The notes beneath the pieces are model-generated. The model had not been told where the DNA came from. It ran no database searches and worked only from the letters and a program-made list of their open reading frames with translations. From contig NZ_CP047901.1 in assembly GCF_009936135.1 (NCBI RefSeq), positions 631,927 to 695,926 of the forward strand: 64,000 bases of DNA. The letters are read 5' to 3'. This DNA is from Candidatus Chazhemtobacterium aquaticus (GTDB lineage Bacteria; Patescibacteriota; Microgenomatia; UBA1400; Chazhemtobacteraceae). How positions within the stretch are numbered: the first letter of the stretch is position 1; every line of letters starts with the position of its first letter. The translations under genes were made by a program, and so were the position numbers. Positions 61,950 to 64,000 of this stretch are shown here, piece by piece.

Positions 61950-62801
61950 ATGAACCATAACCCGATCAAAACCTTAACAATCCTTCTTCTTCTCATTATC
62001 ACCCTCGCTCTGCTGCCACTCAACCTAACTCTTGCTCAAGAAGACGAAGCTACCTCTTCAAGCACCAAAGAAGAAATCGAGAAATCTCTCCAAGACCGTA
62101 TTAAAAAAGCTCTGGACGAAAATCTTGACACAGCTCAGGAGGTCGTTGAACAAAGTCAGCTTAAAGCCGTAGTTGGAGTAATAGACTCACTCACCCAGTC
62201 CCAAATCACTGTCAGAGTCAACCCAGACACTACCGCCGAATATCTTCACCAGGTTAGCTTCACCAGTGAAACACAACTTACTAAGTCTGGCAAATCCATA
62301 GACTCTGATGACCTTGAGATAAACAGCTACATTATCGCCATCGGCCAACCCAGCTCCTCTACTTTACTTCAAGCCGACCGCATTATCTTAGACACCTATA
62401 CCAAACCCAGTATTTACGTCCAAGTAGCTTACGCAACCATAACCGATATTGACCTAGACAACGACACCATTACCCTACTAAACTCCCACCCAGAACTTGA
62501 AGAACCTCTTGATATTACCTCAAAAACTAACATCCTTCTTAATGGTCAAGCTCAAGAGATTTCTGATTTACAGCCCAACCAAAGAACCACCGTCATCTTC
62601 ACTGTCAACGAATCAAGAGACACCGTTACCCTAAACACCCTTATTGTCTTCCCTCTTGATCCCAACAACCCGACTCAAACACCAACCGAAGAACAAGCCT
62701 CCACTTGCGGCGACGGCATTTGCCAGAATGTTGCTTGTTTTGGCATGGACTGTCCCGATCCAGAAACACCCGAAACTTGTCCAGCCGACTGTGCTGAATA
62801 A
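61950..62801 (+). CDS. Exported protein with beta-rich repeats and a C-terminal Cys-rich module
   Basis: Signal peptide; C-terminal CGDGICQNVACFGMDCPDPETPETCPADC. Confidence 0.7.
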   Translation: MNHNPIKTLTILLLLIITLALLPLNLTLAQEDEATSSSTKEEIEKSLQDRIKKALDENLDTAQEVVEQSQLKAVVGVIDSLTQSQITVRVNPDTTAEYLHQVSFTSETQLTKSGKSIDSDDLEINSYIIAIGQPSSSTLLQADRIILDTYTKPSIYVQVAYATITDIDLDNDTITLLNSHPELEEPLDITSKTNILLNGQAQEISDLQPNQRTTVIFTVNESRDTVTLNTLIVFPLDPNNPTQTPTEEQASTCGDGICQNVACFGMDCPDPETPETCPADCAE

Positions 62802-62810
62802 CCACAATTC

Positions 62811-62839
62811 TTGACATTCCCTCTTTATTCATTTAAACT
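62811..62839 (+). promoter_or_regulatory. Sigma70 promoter of the T-box/tRNA-His unit
   Basis: TTGACA-17 bp-TAAACT. Confidence 0.8.
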
Positions 62840-62867
62840 TACAACCACTTTAACAGATAGTCTATAA

Positions 62868-63115
62868 AGCGCTAAGTGAGAGTCACGCCTCACAAGCTGC
62901 TGGCCAAATACCAGACGGAAGTCATCGCCGTACAAAGGATCACACCTGATGTCACCCAGTTGGGTAACCGAGTCGGGACCAAGAGCTGCCATGCTCATAA
63001 CTTGGCAGAATGAAGATGGGACCGCGGGGTCCTTTTTTGTTGGTCAAAATCCAACAAGATAGCCCTCGTTCTTCACTTACTACGCACGTAGTAGGTGGAA
63101 AACGGGGGCTTTTTT
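62868..63115 (+). ncRNA. T-box riboswitch, His-specific (transcriptional)
   Basis: T-box AATGAAGATGGGACCGCG (63009-63026); antiterminator GAAGA/TCTTC and GCGGGG/CCTCGT with a 7-nt UGGGACC bulge; overlapping terminator at 63061-63115; short stem I with CAC in its loop. Confidence 0.8.
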
Positions 63116-63123
63116 GTCCTCAT

Positions 63124-63200
63124 GGTGGGTGTAGCTCAACCTGGTCAGAGCACATGCCTGTGGAGCATGAGGCTGGGGGTTCAACTCCCCTCACCCACCC
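63124..63200 (+). tRNA. tRNA-His(GTG)
   Basis: Encoded G-1, CATGC-CTGTGGA-GCATG anticodon arm, C73 discriminator. Confidence 0.95.
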
Positions 63201-63248
63201 CTAGTCTGACAGTTGATGTCAGACATAGATAGAAAGGAGGTCATCACC

Positions 63249-63266
63249 ATGTTCGGTGATCACTAA
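63249..63266 (+). other. Mini-ORF MFGDH with strong SD
   Basis: AGAAAGGAGG-8 nt-ATG TTC GGT GAT CAC TAA. Confidence 0.5.
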
Positions 63267-63335
63267 CTTCTAACCGATAAGGAGTGGTGTAATACCACAT
63301 CACTCCTTATCCAACTACCAATTACATACAAAAAA

Positions 63336-64000
63336 ATGAATGCAGTTGACCTAACTAAAAAACTAATTTCCATTCCCTCTTACGTCGACAGCTCGACCAA
63401 CGAACGGGAAATTGCCGAATATGTCTACCAATACTTATCCAAGATCTCCTGGTTAACCACTGTTAAACAAAATGTAGAAAATAACCGATTCAACGTTATC
63501 GCCTACTCATCTATGTCTCCAAAACTACTACTTGTCGGCCACCTAGACACTGTCCAACCATCAGCCAACTGGCAGACATCACCAACTCAACCAATCCAAA
63601 AAAACAATACCATTATTGGCCTTGGCTCTAGTGACATGAAATCAGGCCTTGCCGCCATATTAAGTAGTCTGCCAAAGAAAAAACCAGCTACCGAACTAAT
63701 GATTCTATTCTATGTTGACGAAGAATATGATTTTGCCGGCATGCAGCGGTTCACCCAAGAGTACCAAAACAAAATACAACCCCAGTTAATCGTCTCGGCT
63801 GATGGTGATGATTGTGCTTTTGGTTACGCCTGCCGAGGCCTCATCGAGTTTTCCGCCATCATTAAAGGTAAATCTGGTCATGCAGCCAACCCCGACTCAG
63901 GTATCAACGCTATCACTAACACCACTACAGCTATAAAACAACTAACCAGAAAAATTAAAACCTACTCATCGCCAGAATTAGGTGCATCTACACTTAATCT
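63336..64000 (+). CDS. M20 family (ArgE/DapE-like) metallopeptidase, runs off window end
   Basis: Manual translation: LTKKLISIPS, GHLDTV, GLGSSDMKSG, VDEEY, GHAA.P.SGINA. Confidence 0.88.
   Translation, partial: MNAVDLTKKLISIPSYVDSSTNEREIAEYVYQYLSKISWLTTVKQNVENNRFNVIAYSSMSPKLLLVGHLDTVQPSANWQTSPTQPIQKNNTIIGLGSSDMKSGLAAILSSLPKKKPATELMILFYVDEEYDFAGMQRFTQEYQNKIQPQLIVSADGDDCAFGYACRGLIEFSAIIKGKSGHAANPDSGINAITNTTTAIKQLTRKIKTYSSPELGASTLN

Noticed and set aside
63010-63204. 64-aa track ORF
   Set aside because: Overlaps the T-box antiterminator, terminator and tRNA-His, which explain the sequence

Overview
Chromosomal window from a small-genome bacterium, most likely Patescibacteria/CPR (Microgenomates-like). 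This is inferred from the trimmed ClpB, trigger factor and YebC, the secretin-less type IV pilus locus with many pilins, and the many leaderless promoters. It is mostly housekeeping: gatCA, clpB, htpX-lemA, polX, thrS-infC-rpmI-rplT, pheST, class A PBP, recG-rpmF-nusB-rnc-rpsP-khpA, a ~13 kb type IV pilus cluster, gyrB-ppaC-gyrA, murA, one Xer recombinase, yebC, lspA/lgt, efp, dnaB and five tRNAs. The most interesting signals are non-coding. (1) A His-specific T-box riboswitch (short stem I with CAC, UGGG bulge matching C73) sits directly upstream of the tRNA-His gene itself, followed by an MFGDH mini-ORF and an M20 peptidase. (2) Leader-peptide attenuators precede thrS (MSTTTRTTTTILPL) and pheST. 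(3) A palindromic 11-6-11 dif-like site lies beside the xer gene; a KOPS-like octamer (GTAGGGGA) reverses polarity across it, while the C-rich skew of the + strand does not visibly flip. (4) A CIRCE-like operator overlaps the clpB promoter. All motif counts are manual reads, and no database searches were run.
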